Part shown: positions 1 through 8,238 of the stretch, piece by piece
How the letters are laid out: the number at the start of each line of letters is the position of its first letter
Numbering within the stretch: position 1 is the stretch's first letter
Origin: Candidatus Sabulitectum sp.
Lineage (GTDB): Bacteria > Fermentibacterota > Fermentibacteria > Fermentibacterales > JCC-6
Assembly (NCBI GenBank): GCA_029934845.1
Contig: JAOZLN010000002.1
Location: forward strand, 1 to 32,152
DNA length: 32,152 bases
Direction: 5' to 3'
Position numbers and translations under genes: made by a program
Notes under the pieces: generated by a model
The model's database searches: none
What the model was told of the DNA's origin: nothing
Seen by the model: the letters and a program-made list of their open reading frames with translations, nothing else

Positions 1-18
1 TTTTTGTATCTTTGCCCT

Positions 19-1734
19 ATGAGTGTAATAGTGGCAAAGACTGCAGGTTTCTGCTGGGGAGTCCGTCGAGCGGTTGACAGTGTTGTGACAGAGATAAAGA
101 GGGGTGAAGGCCCCTTTCGCGTTTTCGGCCCGCTTGTGCACAATCCTCAGGTAATAGAAGCATTGAAGGACAGAGGCGTGGGAACATCCCACGCGCCATG
201 GGATCTGAGTGGGGGCACTTTATTTCTTCGAACCCACGGGGTTACCGTGGAAGAAAGAGATCGTCTGAGAAAGCTTCCTCTTCATCTGAAAGATCTTACC
301 TGTCCCCGGGTTGGAAGAGCTCTTGCTATTGCAACAAGAATGTCAAAGCTGGGATATGATGTAATAATCTTTGGTGACTCTGGTCACCATGAGGTAAAGG
401 CCATTCTCTCTTCTGCCGGTTCTTCCGGTAGAGTAGTTTCCACTGTTGATGATGTAAACTCTCTTCCCGAGCTGAAGAAACCGTTTCTGCTCTCTCAGAC
501 CACACAGAACAGCCAGGAATTCCTGGAGGTTCTGTCAATCTTGAAAAAAAGATGGCAGACCATTGAATTTGCGAACACTATCTGTGATTCAACAGCCAGG
601 CGCCAGAAAGAGTTAAGAGAGCTTCTGGGCAGAGTTGATGCTGTTGTTGTTGTTGGAGGAAGACACAGCGCAAATACCGCAAGACTTGCATCTATTGCAG
701 GCGAAACCGGCCTGCCTGTTTTTAAAATAGAATCGCATACAGAGCTGGATGCAGAATCTCTGGGGCAGTACAAAAGGGTTCTTTTGTCTGCCGGTGCCTC
801 CACTCCAGGGTGGAGTATAAGAAAAGTTCGCGAGCGCCTCCTGGAGATCCAGGGAGAATCCACAGGTGCCGGCTGGATACGCAAAATATTCCGAAGTCTG
901 ATATTCAGCGGAATACATATTCCCATTATCGCCATGTTGATCGCCCTTGCACAGGGTGAGACTCTTGGTGGAACAGGATGGGTCACAGCAGGGCTTGCAG
1001 CAGGGCTTCTTCTGTGGTCCTTCACCAATTTCACTGCGATTCTTGAGTGCAGGCAGGTTAACTTGACAAGCCAGAAAAGACAGGAATTCTTCCAGACACA
1101 CCAGAGGATCATGCTTTTGATTGCATTACTGAGCTTTATAGGCGCTGTGATTCTTTCATTCTCACTTGGTACTGCATGGCTTCTCTGGACCTCTGTGGCT
1201 ACCCTTTTCTGTTTTCTCTATGCTCTGCCACTTTTAAAAAAGAACAATTTCTTTGATCTGCTTCGCAGAATACCAGGTTCCAGGGAGATAATGTTTACTC
1301 TGGCATGGAGTTTTCTTGTCTGTATTCTTCCTGCAGTGTACCTTGCAGGTCTTGATCTAAGCTTGAGATTGTTGATCTGGCCGGCATCTCTGGCATTCCT
1401 CTTTTTCAGCAGATCTCTTTTTCTTGATCTTGTGGATCTTCAGGGAGACGCACTTCTTGGCATGGACACTCTTCCGTTGCACCTTGGAGCCGTTCGGTGC
1501 AGAAAGATCCTGCTGGCAAGCGCTGCTGCCGGTGGAGTGGTGCAGTTGAGTGCTGTTCTCTCAGGCAAGTTTCCCGTTTGTGCTCTTGGTTTCCTGATTG
1601 CGCCTGCTCTTCTTATTCTGGCATATTTCCGTCTGGAGAAAGAGGCATTCCCGTCGGAATTGTCTGTAAGAGTCATCTCTGACGGCAGTCTGGCCATTGC
1701 AGGTCTTTTACCATTTCTGCTATGCAGTATTTGA
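19..1734 (+). CDS. ispH: 4-hydroxy-3-methylbut-2-enyl diphosphate reductase (IspH/LytB) fused to a C-terminal ~290-aa polytopic UbiA-prenyltransferase-like membrane domain
   Basis: The N-terminal ~285 aa match IspH end to end and include the three cluster Cys contexts GFCWG, LTCPRV and NTICDS. The frame continues without a stop into about 9 hydrophobic segments. These carry DLVDLQGDALLGMDTLPLHLG (1426-1488), which resembles the second Asp-rich motif of UbiA. I prefer the ATG at 19 (MSVIVAK...) over the TTG at 4 used in the ORF track. Confidence 0.8.
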   Translation: MSVIVAKTAGFCWGVRRAVDSVVTEIKRGEGPFRVFGPLVHNPQVIEALKDRGVGTSHAPWDLSGGTLFLRTHGVTVEERDRLRKLPLHLKDLTCPRVGRALAIATRMSKLGYDVIIFGDSGHHEVKAILSSAGSSGRVVSTVDDVNSLPELKKPFLLSQTTQNSQEFLEVLSILKKRWQTIEFANTICDSTARRQKELRELLGRVDAVVVVGGRHSANTARLASIAGETGLPVFKIESHTELDAESLGQYKRVLLSAGASTPGWSIRKVRERLLEIQGESTGAGWIRKIFRSLIFSGIHIPIIAMLIALAQGETLGGTGWVTAGLAAGLLLWSFTNFTAILECRQVNLTSQKRQEFFQTHQRIMLLIALLSFIGAVILSFSLGTAWLLWTSVATLFCFLYALPLLKKNNFFDLLRRIPGSREIMFTLAWSFLVCILPAVYLAGLDLSLRLLIWPASLAFLFFSRSLFLDLVDLQGDALLGMDTLPLHLGAVRCRKILLASAAAGGVVQLSAVLSGKFPVCALGFLIAPALLILAYFRLEKEAFPSELSVRVISDGSLAIAGLLPFLLCSI

Positions 1735-1745
1735 GAGGGTTTTAT

Positions 1746-2066
1746 ATGAGATCAGTTACGGTACTATTTTCCATATCAATTCTACTTGCTGGGTGCAGCA
1801 CTGAATTGTCCACCGGAGAGTCTGCTCCGGAGCCAATTGCCAATCCCCTTCCCAATCCCTTTCAGGCTGTTGTTGTTACAGGAAGGGTTGTAAACCTTAG
1901 GCAGGGCCCTGGAACCCAGTACGCGGTGGTGGGCTCTGCTCAAGCCGGAGACAGCCTTATGGTTACAGGGGAAGCAACAGACTGGTACAGAATTTATGTT
2001 CCTGAAAAATCACTGTTTGCCTGGATATATGCCGGGCTTACCTCCGGTGCAGTAATGCCGCAATAG
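1746..2066 (+). CDS. Small lipoprotein with a bacterial SH3 (SH3b) domain
   Basis: MRSVTVLFSISILLAGC has a signal peptide and a canonical L-A-G-C lipobox. The SH3b-like pattern is VTGRVVNLRQGPGTQYAVVGSAQAGDSLMVTGEATDWYRI. I chose the internal ATG at 1746 because it begins the signal peptide and avoids overlap with ispH. Confidence 0.6.
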   Translation: MRSVTVLFSISILLAGCSTELSTGESAPEPIANPLPNPFQAVVVTGRVVNLRQGPGTQYAVVGSAQAGDSLMVTGEATDWYRIYVPEKSLFAWIYAGLTSGAVMPQ

Positions 2067-2079
2067 CTTAGGAGATATC

Positions 2080-3375
2080 ATGATCGATAGATACGCAATA
2101 CCGGAAATGACAGATATATGGACAACGGAGGCAAGGTATTCCAGATGGCTTGAAATTGAGATCCTTGCAGTGGAGGCCAGGCATAGAGCCGGTCTGGTTC
2201 CACTGGAAGACCTTGAGAAGATCCAGCGCAATGCTTCTTTCAACAAAGAAAGAGTGGATGAGATCGAAGCAGTTACCCATCATGATGTAATAGCGTTTCT
2301 TACTTCTGTGTCAGAATCTCTTGGGCTTGAGAGTCGTCATATTCACTACGGCATGACTTCCAGTGATATTCTTGATACCTGTATGGCCATGCAGATACGC
2401 GATTCCGGTGTTCTAATAAAAGATGCTCTTAAGAACTACGGCGAGGCTCTGGCAGGGCTTGTTCGCAGGTCAAAGGGTATTGTCTGCATGGGGAGAACCC
2501 ATGGTATGAATGCTGAACCAACAACAATGGCACTGAAATTTGCCGGGCACTATGCGGAGTATCTGAGGTGCATGAAGAGACTTGAAGACGGTCTGGATTC
2601 TTCCTGCGTTGGAACAATTTCAGGCGCGGTGGGCACTTATGCATATCTTGATCCTTCAGTTGAAGAATTTGTCTGTGAGAAGTTGAACCTGGGAGTGGAG
2701 GAAGTGCCTACGCAGGTGGTAGCAAGAGACAGACATGCCCAGTTTCTTTATGCCCTTGCAGCTATTGGCGGTGCCATGGAAAGATTTGCTACAGAATGCA
2801 GACACCTGCAGAGAACAGAGGTAGGCGAAGTCGAGGAACGGTTCGGCAAGGGTCAGAAAGGATCCAGCGCCATGCCTCACAAGCGTAATCCCATTGTGGG
2901 AGAGAGGCTTTGCGGTCTTGCCAGGCTTCTAAGAGGTTATCTTCAGGTCGGGCTGGAAAATACCGCTTTATGGCATGAAAGAGATATCAGTCACTCAGCA
3001 GCCGAAAGATTTATTTTCCCGGATGCCTGTGGTGTTGCTCTTTACGGTCTTCGCAAAGCAGCGGATCTTGCTTCAGGGTTGAGGGTAATGGAAAGTGCTG
3101 TGGCCACCAATGTTGAAAGAGCTGGAGACCGATATTTCTCACAGTCAATAATGCTTGCAATGGTCCGGCATGGACTTACTCGAGAAGAGTCCTATGCCCT
3201 TGTTCAGAAGATTGCAATGGACGCTATGGAAAGTGGCAATTCTTTTGCAGAGGCTGCTGTTGCGCAGGCAGAAGTAACAGGGGTTGTTCCTGAAGAAGAA
3301 CTTAGTAATATCTGTACCATAGACAATCATCTGCGGAACGAGGAATATATTCTGGGCAGGCTTGGGCTTAGTTGA
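2080..3375 (+). CDS. purB: Adenylosuccinate lyase
   Basis: Full-length PurB-like sequence: MIDRYAIPEMTDIWTTEARYSRWLEIE..., the SSAMPHKRNP signature loop, and 431 aa. Confidence 0.95.
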   Translation: MIDRYAIPEMTDIWTTEARYSRWLEIEILAVEARHRAGLVPLEDLEKIQRNASFNKERVDEIEAVTHHDVIAFLTSVSESLGLESRHIHYGMTSSDILDTCMAMQIRDSGVLIKDALKNYGEALAGLVRRSKGIVCMGRTHGMNAEPTTMALKFAGHYAEYLRCMKRLEDGLDSSCVGTISGAVGTYAYLDPSVEEFVCEKLNLGVEEVPTQVVARDRHAQFLYALAAIGGAMERFATECRHLQRTEVGEVEERFGKGQKGSSAMPHKRNPIVGERLCGLARLLRGYLQVGLENTALWHERDISHSAAERFIFPDACGVALYGLRKAADLASGLRVMESAVATNVERAGDRYFSQSIMLAMVRHGLTREESYALVQKIAMDAMESGNSFAEAAVAQAEVTGVVPEEELSNICTIDNHLRNEEYILGRLGLS

Positions 3376-3403
3376 TGTTCCAGTGCTGTAGGAAGGGGGA
3401 GTT

Positions 3404-4567
3404 ATGATTGCAGGACTTATTACCGGGCTTCTGGTGGGGGCCGTTGTTGTGTACGCCATATGCTGGAATTTGATGCGCAATAAAGAGAAAGCTGCATCAG
3501 AATCTGCGGCTATTCTAACAAGGTCTGTAAGAAGAGCTACAGCGGAGGTCTCAAAACTGAGATTGATAGAGCAGGAGTACGCGAAAGGACAGCAGGCGGG
3601 AAGTGATCTGATCCAATTGTTTCCTGACCTGGTGAAAATGATATTCACAGGCAAAAACAGTGATGAGGTTGTGGATTACATCAACAGAGCTTGTCAGAAT
3701 CTGTTGAAGGCTGGTGAATCAGCAGTTTTTCTTGCAGACAGAACAGGGGCCAGGCTTGGGCTTTCTGCCTCTACAGGACTTTCGGACACCGTGGGAGAAC
3801 ACATGAATCTTGGTCTTGGTGACGGATTTGTGGGTCTTGCTGCGGAAACTGGAAGACTTTTGTTCAGAGGCGAACTCGATAAGGAAAGCGTTCTGGTCAG
3901 AAGAAATATGATCATGAGTGATATCCCTGGATTTAAGCCGGATTATGCTGCTCCCATGCAGGTGGAAGGTGTTCTCTACGGAGTTATAACTGCAGGAGCG
4001 TTTGAGGGTACGGGTGCAATGAGAAGAGAAACTCTCAGGGCTCTTGCTGCTGTTGGCGCTGCTGCTCTTGAGAATGTACGGCTTCTTGAACGATTTGGAA
4101 GCTCTTCAAATCTGGATCCTGAGACAGGCTTCATGAGAAAACTTTCGCTGGAGGCTGTTCTGGAGAATGAGCTTGAGCGTGTTGAAAGATTTGGCAGTTC
4201 TCTTGCGGTAGTAGAACTTCAGGTTGAATCAGCAGCAGAGGAAGACAGTACTACAAGCCGTGAGACAATGGGTGTTGCTGCTAAATATCTTTTTTCATCT
4301 CTTCGCAACATTGATCTTGGAATAAGAACAGGGCAGGGTACAATTGTTCTTCTTCTTCCAGGAACTGACGCAGATGGAGCCAGATCTGTAACCGGAAAGC
4401 TTGGAGGAGAACTTCCCATACTCAAAAGCGACAACGGAACTCATGTGGGCTCTGTTCGAATTAGAAGTATCGTTATAGAAGGGGGCGTCCGGCAGGATGC
4501 TATGGGTCTGCTCGATAGATTGAAGTCACAGGAAACAATGGAATTCGAAGGTTACTACGAGATATAA
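3404..4567 (+). CDS. Membrane-anchored GAF domain protein with a degenerate (probably inactive) GGDEF-like C-terminal domain
   Basis: N-terminal TM helix MIAGLITGLLVGAVVVYAICW. A GAF-like core follows (GDGFVGLAAETGRLL...APMQVEGVLYGVI). The C-terminal region follows the GGDEF layout (DPETGFMRKLS...ERFGSSLAVVEL...RNIDLGIRTGQGTIVLLLPGT). GQGTI (4331-4345) sits where GGDEF should be. Confidence 0.7.
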   Translation: MIAGLITGLLVGAVVVYAICWNLMRNKEKAASESAAILTRSVRRATAEVSKLRLIEQEYAKGQQAGSDLIQLFPDLVKMIFTGKNSDEVVDYINRACQNLLKAGESAVFLADRTGARLGLSASTGLSDTVGEHMNLGLGDGFVGLAAETGRLLFRGELDKESVLVRRNMIMSDIPGFKPDYAAPMQVEGVLYGVITAGAFEGTGAMRRETLRALAAVGAAALENVRLLERFGSSSNLDPETGFMRKLSLEAVLENELERVERFGSSLAVVELQVESAAEEDSTTSRETMGVAAKYLFSSLRNIDLGIRTGQGTIVLLLPGTDADGARSVTGKLGGELPILKSDNGTHVGSVRIRSIVIEGGVRQDAMGLLDRLKSQETMEFEGYYEI

Positions 4568-4584
4568 ACGATTGGGAAGGTAGA

Positions 4585-6864
4585 ATGTCAAAGAAACCAA
4601 GCAGAGAAGAGCTGAAGAGCGAAGTATCCTCCCGCGGTCTGGCAATGACTCTTGAAGAGGCTGAAAAGCTGACAGGATATGTGGATAGAATGCCAACTCC
4701 ACTTGAGTTCCATCTGTTTGATACCATGTGGAGTGAGCACTGCTCATACAAGAGTTCCAAGCCCGTGCTGAAAACTTTGCCCACCGATTCACCAGGGGTT
4801 GTTATTGGTCCTGGAGAGGATGCCGGTGTGGTCAGTTTTTGTCTTCATGACGGTGTTGAGTGGGATCTTGTAGTTGCTCATGAAAGTCATAATCATCCTT
4901 CGCAGGTTCTTCCAGTTGAAGGGGCTGCCACGGGTATAGGCGGCATTGTCAGAGATGTTTACTGTATGGGCGCAAGGGTAACAGGCTCAATGGATCTTCT
5001 TCGTTTTGGCAACCCGGAGGGCAGCAAAGGCGAGACAACACGAGGAATTGTCAGGGGAGTTGTCGAGGGTATATGGAAGTACGGCAATGCTCTTGGTGTT
5101 CCCAATATGGGCGGTGACACCGAATTCCATCCCGGCTACGATGATAACTGTCTTGTTAATGTTGTTGCATTCGGAGTTGTTCCCCATGACAGGGTCGTTC
5201 ACAGTTTTGTTCCCCGGGAAGCTCACAAAGAGCCTTATGTTCTTATTCTTACAGGCAAACCAACTGATTATACCGGGTTTGGCGGAGCTACTTTTGCAAG
5301 TGCAGACCTGGATGGCGAACTTGGAATGGGATCTGTTCAAGTGGCTGATCCTTTTCTTAAAAGAGTTCTTTCAGAGGCCAACCAGGCAGTGCTTGATATG
5401 CTGTTTGAAAAGGGTGTTAAATTTGGATTCAAGGACCTTGGTGCCGGTGGTATTGCTTGTGTTACCAGTGAACTGGCTGCTCATGGAGGTCTTGGAATTG
5501 ATGTGGATCTTGATTCTGTTCCGGTTTCAATAGAGAATCTTCCTCCTGAAGTTATTGCCTGCAGCGAGACCCAGGAAAGATATGGGCTGGCAGTACCGGC
5601 TTCGGTGGCTGATGAAATTCTTGCTGTATACAACGAAGAATTCGAGTTACCCAGGCTTTTCCCACACTGCAGAGCGGCTGTTATTGGAAAATTCACTTCC
5701 AAACCTGTATACAATGTGATCTGTCGCGGAGAAAGCGCCGCAGAAACCCCTATCAATTACATTACTGAGGGTGTTGTGTACCAAAGGGAAGAGCGCCCGG
5801 TAAACAGCAAAGCCCCCGAGCCAGTGGAAAGGCCATGCGACCCTTCAAAAGACCTGGCAAAGATCCTGACTTCTATATCAGGATGCAGCAGGCAGCATAT
5901 CTGGTCTTATTACGATTCCGAGGTGCAGGGAGTTACAAGGCTTAGACCGGGAGAGGCAGATTCATGTGTTTCTGTCCCTGTTCATGGTTCCCGTGCCGGG
6001 CTTGCGGTAAGTGGTGACGGAAACCCGTGGTATGGTGAACTTGATCCTTTTCTTGGTGGAGCTCATGCAGTGGGTGAGGCTGTTCGAAATGTTGTGGCCA
6101 CAGGAGCAACCCCCATATGTGCCACTGATTGTTTGAATTTTGGGAACCCCGAGGAACCGGAAGCCTTCTGGCAGTTTAAGCAATCTGTGGCAGGCATTGC
6201 TGAATCGTGCAATGCTCTTGGGTTCAGTGGGGGTGATTATCCACTGCCCATTGTTTCAGGAAATGTGAGTTTCTACAATCAGTCCACTGGAGGCAAGGCT
6301 ATTCCACCCTCTCCCATTGTTGCGGTTTTTGGCAAGATCCATGATCACAGAAAAGCAACAGATATGGTGCTGAGGCAGGAAGGGAATATCGTTCTTCTGG
6401 TTGGAACAAGAAAAGATGAGCTGGGGGGAAGCCTGTTTTACCGAACCTGCCTGGGTCACCACGGTGGCACTGTCCCGGCTTTTAAGGGTTCTCTGGAAAA
6501 GAAGATGGCTGACTGGGTGCTGGGAGTTATTCATGACAAGAGGGCGTATTCTGTCCACGATATAAGTGGAGGAGGTCTTGCTGTTGCAGGTGCAGAGATG
6601 GCTTTTGCCAGCAGGAAGCTTGGTATCAACTTTTCTCTTGATTCAAATCCCGTTACCCTGTTTTCTGAGACACCTGGATACCTCATGGAAGTTGATCCCC
6701 GTTTTGTTGAAGATGTCACTCTTCCGGAATTTGTTTCAGTGGCTGGAAAAGTTTGCAAAGGATGTTTGGTTTCCGGTAATGGATGGTCGGTTGATCTGGA
6801 TGAATTGAGAAACCAGTGGTCAGATAAACTGGCTTCAGTTATATGGCGAGAGGAGGGCATCTGA
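4585..6864 (+). CDS. purL: Phosphoribosylformylglycinamidine synthase subunit PurL (small-type FGAM synthase II)
   Basis: FDTMWSEHCSYKSSK, AHESHNHPS and a duplicated AIR-synthase-like architecture; 759 aa. Confidence 0.95.
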   Translation: MSKKPSREELKSEVSSRGLAMTLEEAEKLTGYVDRMPTPLEFHLFDTMWSEHCSYKSSKPVLKTLPTDSPGVVIGPGEDAGVVSFCLHDGVEWDLVVAHESHNHPSQVLPVEGAATGIGGIVRDVYCMGARVTGSMDLLRFGNPEGSKGETTRGIVRGVVEGIWKYGNALGVPNMGGDTEFHPGYDDNCLVNVVAFGVVPHDRVVHSFVPREAHKEPYVLILTGKPTDYTGFGGATFASADLDGELGMGSVQVADPFLKRVLSEANQAVLDMLFEKGVKFGFKDLGAGGIACVTSELAAHGGLGIDVDLDSVPVSIENLPPEVIACSETQERYGLAVPASVADEILAVYNEEFELPRLFPHCRAAVIGKFTSKPVYNVICRGESAAETPINYITEGVVYQREERPVNSKAPEPVERPCDPSKDLAKILTSISGCSRQHIWSYYDSEVQGVTRLRPGEADSCVSVPVHGSRAGLAVSGDGNPWYGELDPFLGGAHAVGEAVRNVVATGATPICATDCLNFGNPEEPEAFWQFKQSVAGIAESCNALGFSGGDYPLPIVSGNVSFYNQSTGGKAIPPSPIVAVFGKIHDHRKATDMVLRQEGNIVLLVGTRKDELGGSLFYRTCLGHHGGTVPAFKGSLEKKMADWVLGVIHDKRAYSVHDISGGGLAVAGAEMAFASRKLGINFSLDSNPVTLFSETPGYLMEVDPRFVEDVTLPEFVSVAGKVCKGCLVSGNGWSVDLDELRNQWSDKLASVIWREEGI

Positions 6865-7676
6865 TGTCTAGTGCTGCTGTGATCAGATTCCCGGGTTCCA
6901 ACTGTGAGTTTGAGACTGCAAGAGTTCTCAGGTACTCCGGAATTGATACCCGGATTTATAATTGGAACGATATTGAAAGACTTTCAGACAACAGAGCTGA
7001 TGCCTATGTTCTTCCTGGAGGGTTCTCTTTTCAGGACAGGATCAGAGCAGGTGTTGTTGCCGCCCGTGAAAGTATTATGGATCTTGTTTTTGAAGAAGCT
7101 ATTAACGGCAAGCCGGTTCTTGGTATATGCAATGGTGCTCAGGTGCTTCTGGAAAGCGGTCTGGTTCCAGGCTGGAAACCAGGGTCAGTACAGGGTGCCC
7201 TTGCAGGCAACCTTGCACCTGGTAGAAGTGGTTATTTGTCTGGTTGGGTTCACCTTAAAGCCTCCCCTGAAGCAATTGAGAGGTGTCCATGGCTGTGCTC
7301 TGTGGATCAGGAATCATTTCCTCTGCCAATTGCTCATGCAGAGGGAAGGTTTGTTTTCCGGGAAGAAGATATGGACAGAGTAAAAAGTCATATAGGGCTT
7401 AAGTACTGTAAAGAAAACGGTTCGGCCTCCAGTGGCTGGCCGGAGAATCCCAACGGTTCTGCCCTTGATATTGCTGCTCTTATGAACGCTGAGGGTAATG
7501 TACTTGCTATGATGCCCCATCCAGAGCGAAGCTTTCATCTCTGGCAGGTCCCACCTGATATCGGGGGACCATGGGGGGACAGAAGAAGGAACTCATCCCT
7601 TAAAGAGCTCGAGGAGCTGCCAGGACCCGGAGCAGTTATTTTTAAGAGTCTTGCTAAATACCTGGGGGTGGAATAA
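6864..7676 (+). CDS. purQ: Phosphoribosylformylglycinamidine synthase glutaminase subunit PurQ
   Basis: AAVIRFPGSNCEFE, the nucleophile context GICNGAQVL, and MMPHPER. The ATG at 6864 overlaps the purL TGA (6862-6864), so I prefer it over the ORF-track start at 6843. Confidence 0.92.
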   Translation: MSSAAVIRFPGSNCEFETARVLRYSGIDTRIYNWNDIERLSDNRADAYVLPGGFSFQDRIRAGVVAARESIMDLVFEEAINGKPVLGICNGAQVLLESGLVPGWKPGSVQGALAGNLAPGRSGYLSGWVHLKASPEAIERCPWLCSVDQESFPLPIAHAEGRFVFREEDMDRVKSHIGLKYCKENGSASSGWPENPNGSALDIAALMNAEGNVLAMMPHPERSFHLWQVPPDIGGPWGDRRRNSSLKELEELPGPGAVIFKSLAKYLGVE

Positions 7677-8185
7677 TGGAGAGCATTCAGATCGCAGTAA
7701 GGTTGAGAACACCTGATCCCCAGGCGGTAACGGCTCTTAATGCCATAAAAGCAATGAGACTTCAACTTCCCCCTATCAAGCTTCAGAGGTCTGAACTGTG
7801 GGATTTTGAACTTTCCAGTGGAGGGGAAAAGATTGTTTCAGAGCTGGTAGGTCATTTTACAGACATTGTGAACCCGAATAAGCAGTCCTGGTTCTTTACC
7901 GGGAAAGATGTACTTTTTGAAGGGGAAGACCCTGAGTTGCAATGGGCTGGTATTGTTGTAAGAGATCATGCAGACAGCGTAAGCAAGAACTGGACCTCAC
8001 TTCTTAAACGCAGAGGATTCCCTGTTGATTCTTTGCGTTACAGTGTTTTATGGAGACTGGGGTATCTGAAGGATACTGATGAGGCTCTAGTAAAAAAGAT
8101 GGCTCTTGATCTGTCTGTGAGCAATACAAGAGCAGGGGGCTTGCTTAGCAACCCGGTTTCTCAGGAGGTTGCTTTCTGGACCTGA
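7676..8185 (+). CDS. purS: PurS-like FGAM synthase subunit, present as two tandem PurS-like halves in one 169-aa polypeptide
   Basis: Half 1 is IQIAVRLRTPDPQAVTALNAIKAM...IVNPNKQSWFF. Half 2 is WAGIVVRDHADSVSKNWTSLLKRRGFPVDSLRYSVLWRL...LLSNPVSQEVAFW. Both follow the PurS pattern (beta strand, DPxx, helix, G-F, NPV-I/Q-E). The gene follows purL-purQ and its ATG overlaps the purQ stop in TAATG. Confidence 0.65.
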   Translation: MESIQIAVRLRTPDPQAVTALNAIKAMRLQLPPIKLQRSELWDFELSSGGEKIVSELVGHFTDIVNPNKQSWFFTGKDVLFEGEDPELQWAGIVVRDHADSVSKNWTSLLKRRGFPVDSLRYSVLWRLGYLKDTDEALVKKMALDLSVSNTRAGGLLSNPVSQEVAFWT

Positions 8186-8238
8186 AGACCAGCAGCATTT
8201 TTGATGCGTTAAAAGAAGTTGAGCGACCTCAGCAGTAT

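Noticed and set aside
4-18. TTG-initiated MYLCP extension of ispH
   Set aside because: IspH homologues begin at the MxVIxAxxxGFCxGV motif, which the ATG at 19 provides. The extension lies at the window edge with no upstream context.
495-1112. 205-aa and 162-aa minus-strand ORFs (495-1112 and 613-1101) antisense to ispH
   Set aside because: They overlap the conserved IspH and membrane-domain coding frame. The translations are low-complexity and have no family resemblance.
3145-3654. 169-aa minus-strand ORF spanning the purB / GAF-gene junction
   Set aside because: It is antisense to two supported genes and crosses their intergenic SD region. It has no motif content.
3404-4567. Reading the GGDEF-like protein as an active diguanylate cyclase
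   Set aside because: The signature is GQGTI rather than GG[DE]EF, and the upstream metal-binding Asp position is also substituted, so cyclase activity is unlikely.
5006-5533. Alternative-frame plus-strand ORFs inside purL (5006-5533) and purQ (6904-7383)
   Set aside because: They are embedded in strongly conserved pur genes. Their hydrophobic, Leu-rich translations are frame-shift artefacts, and I see no evidence of overprinting.
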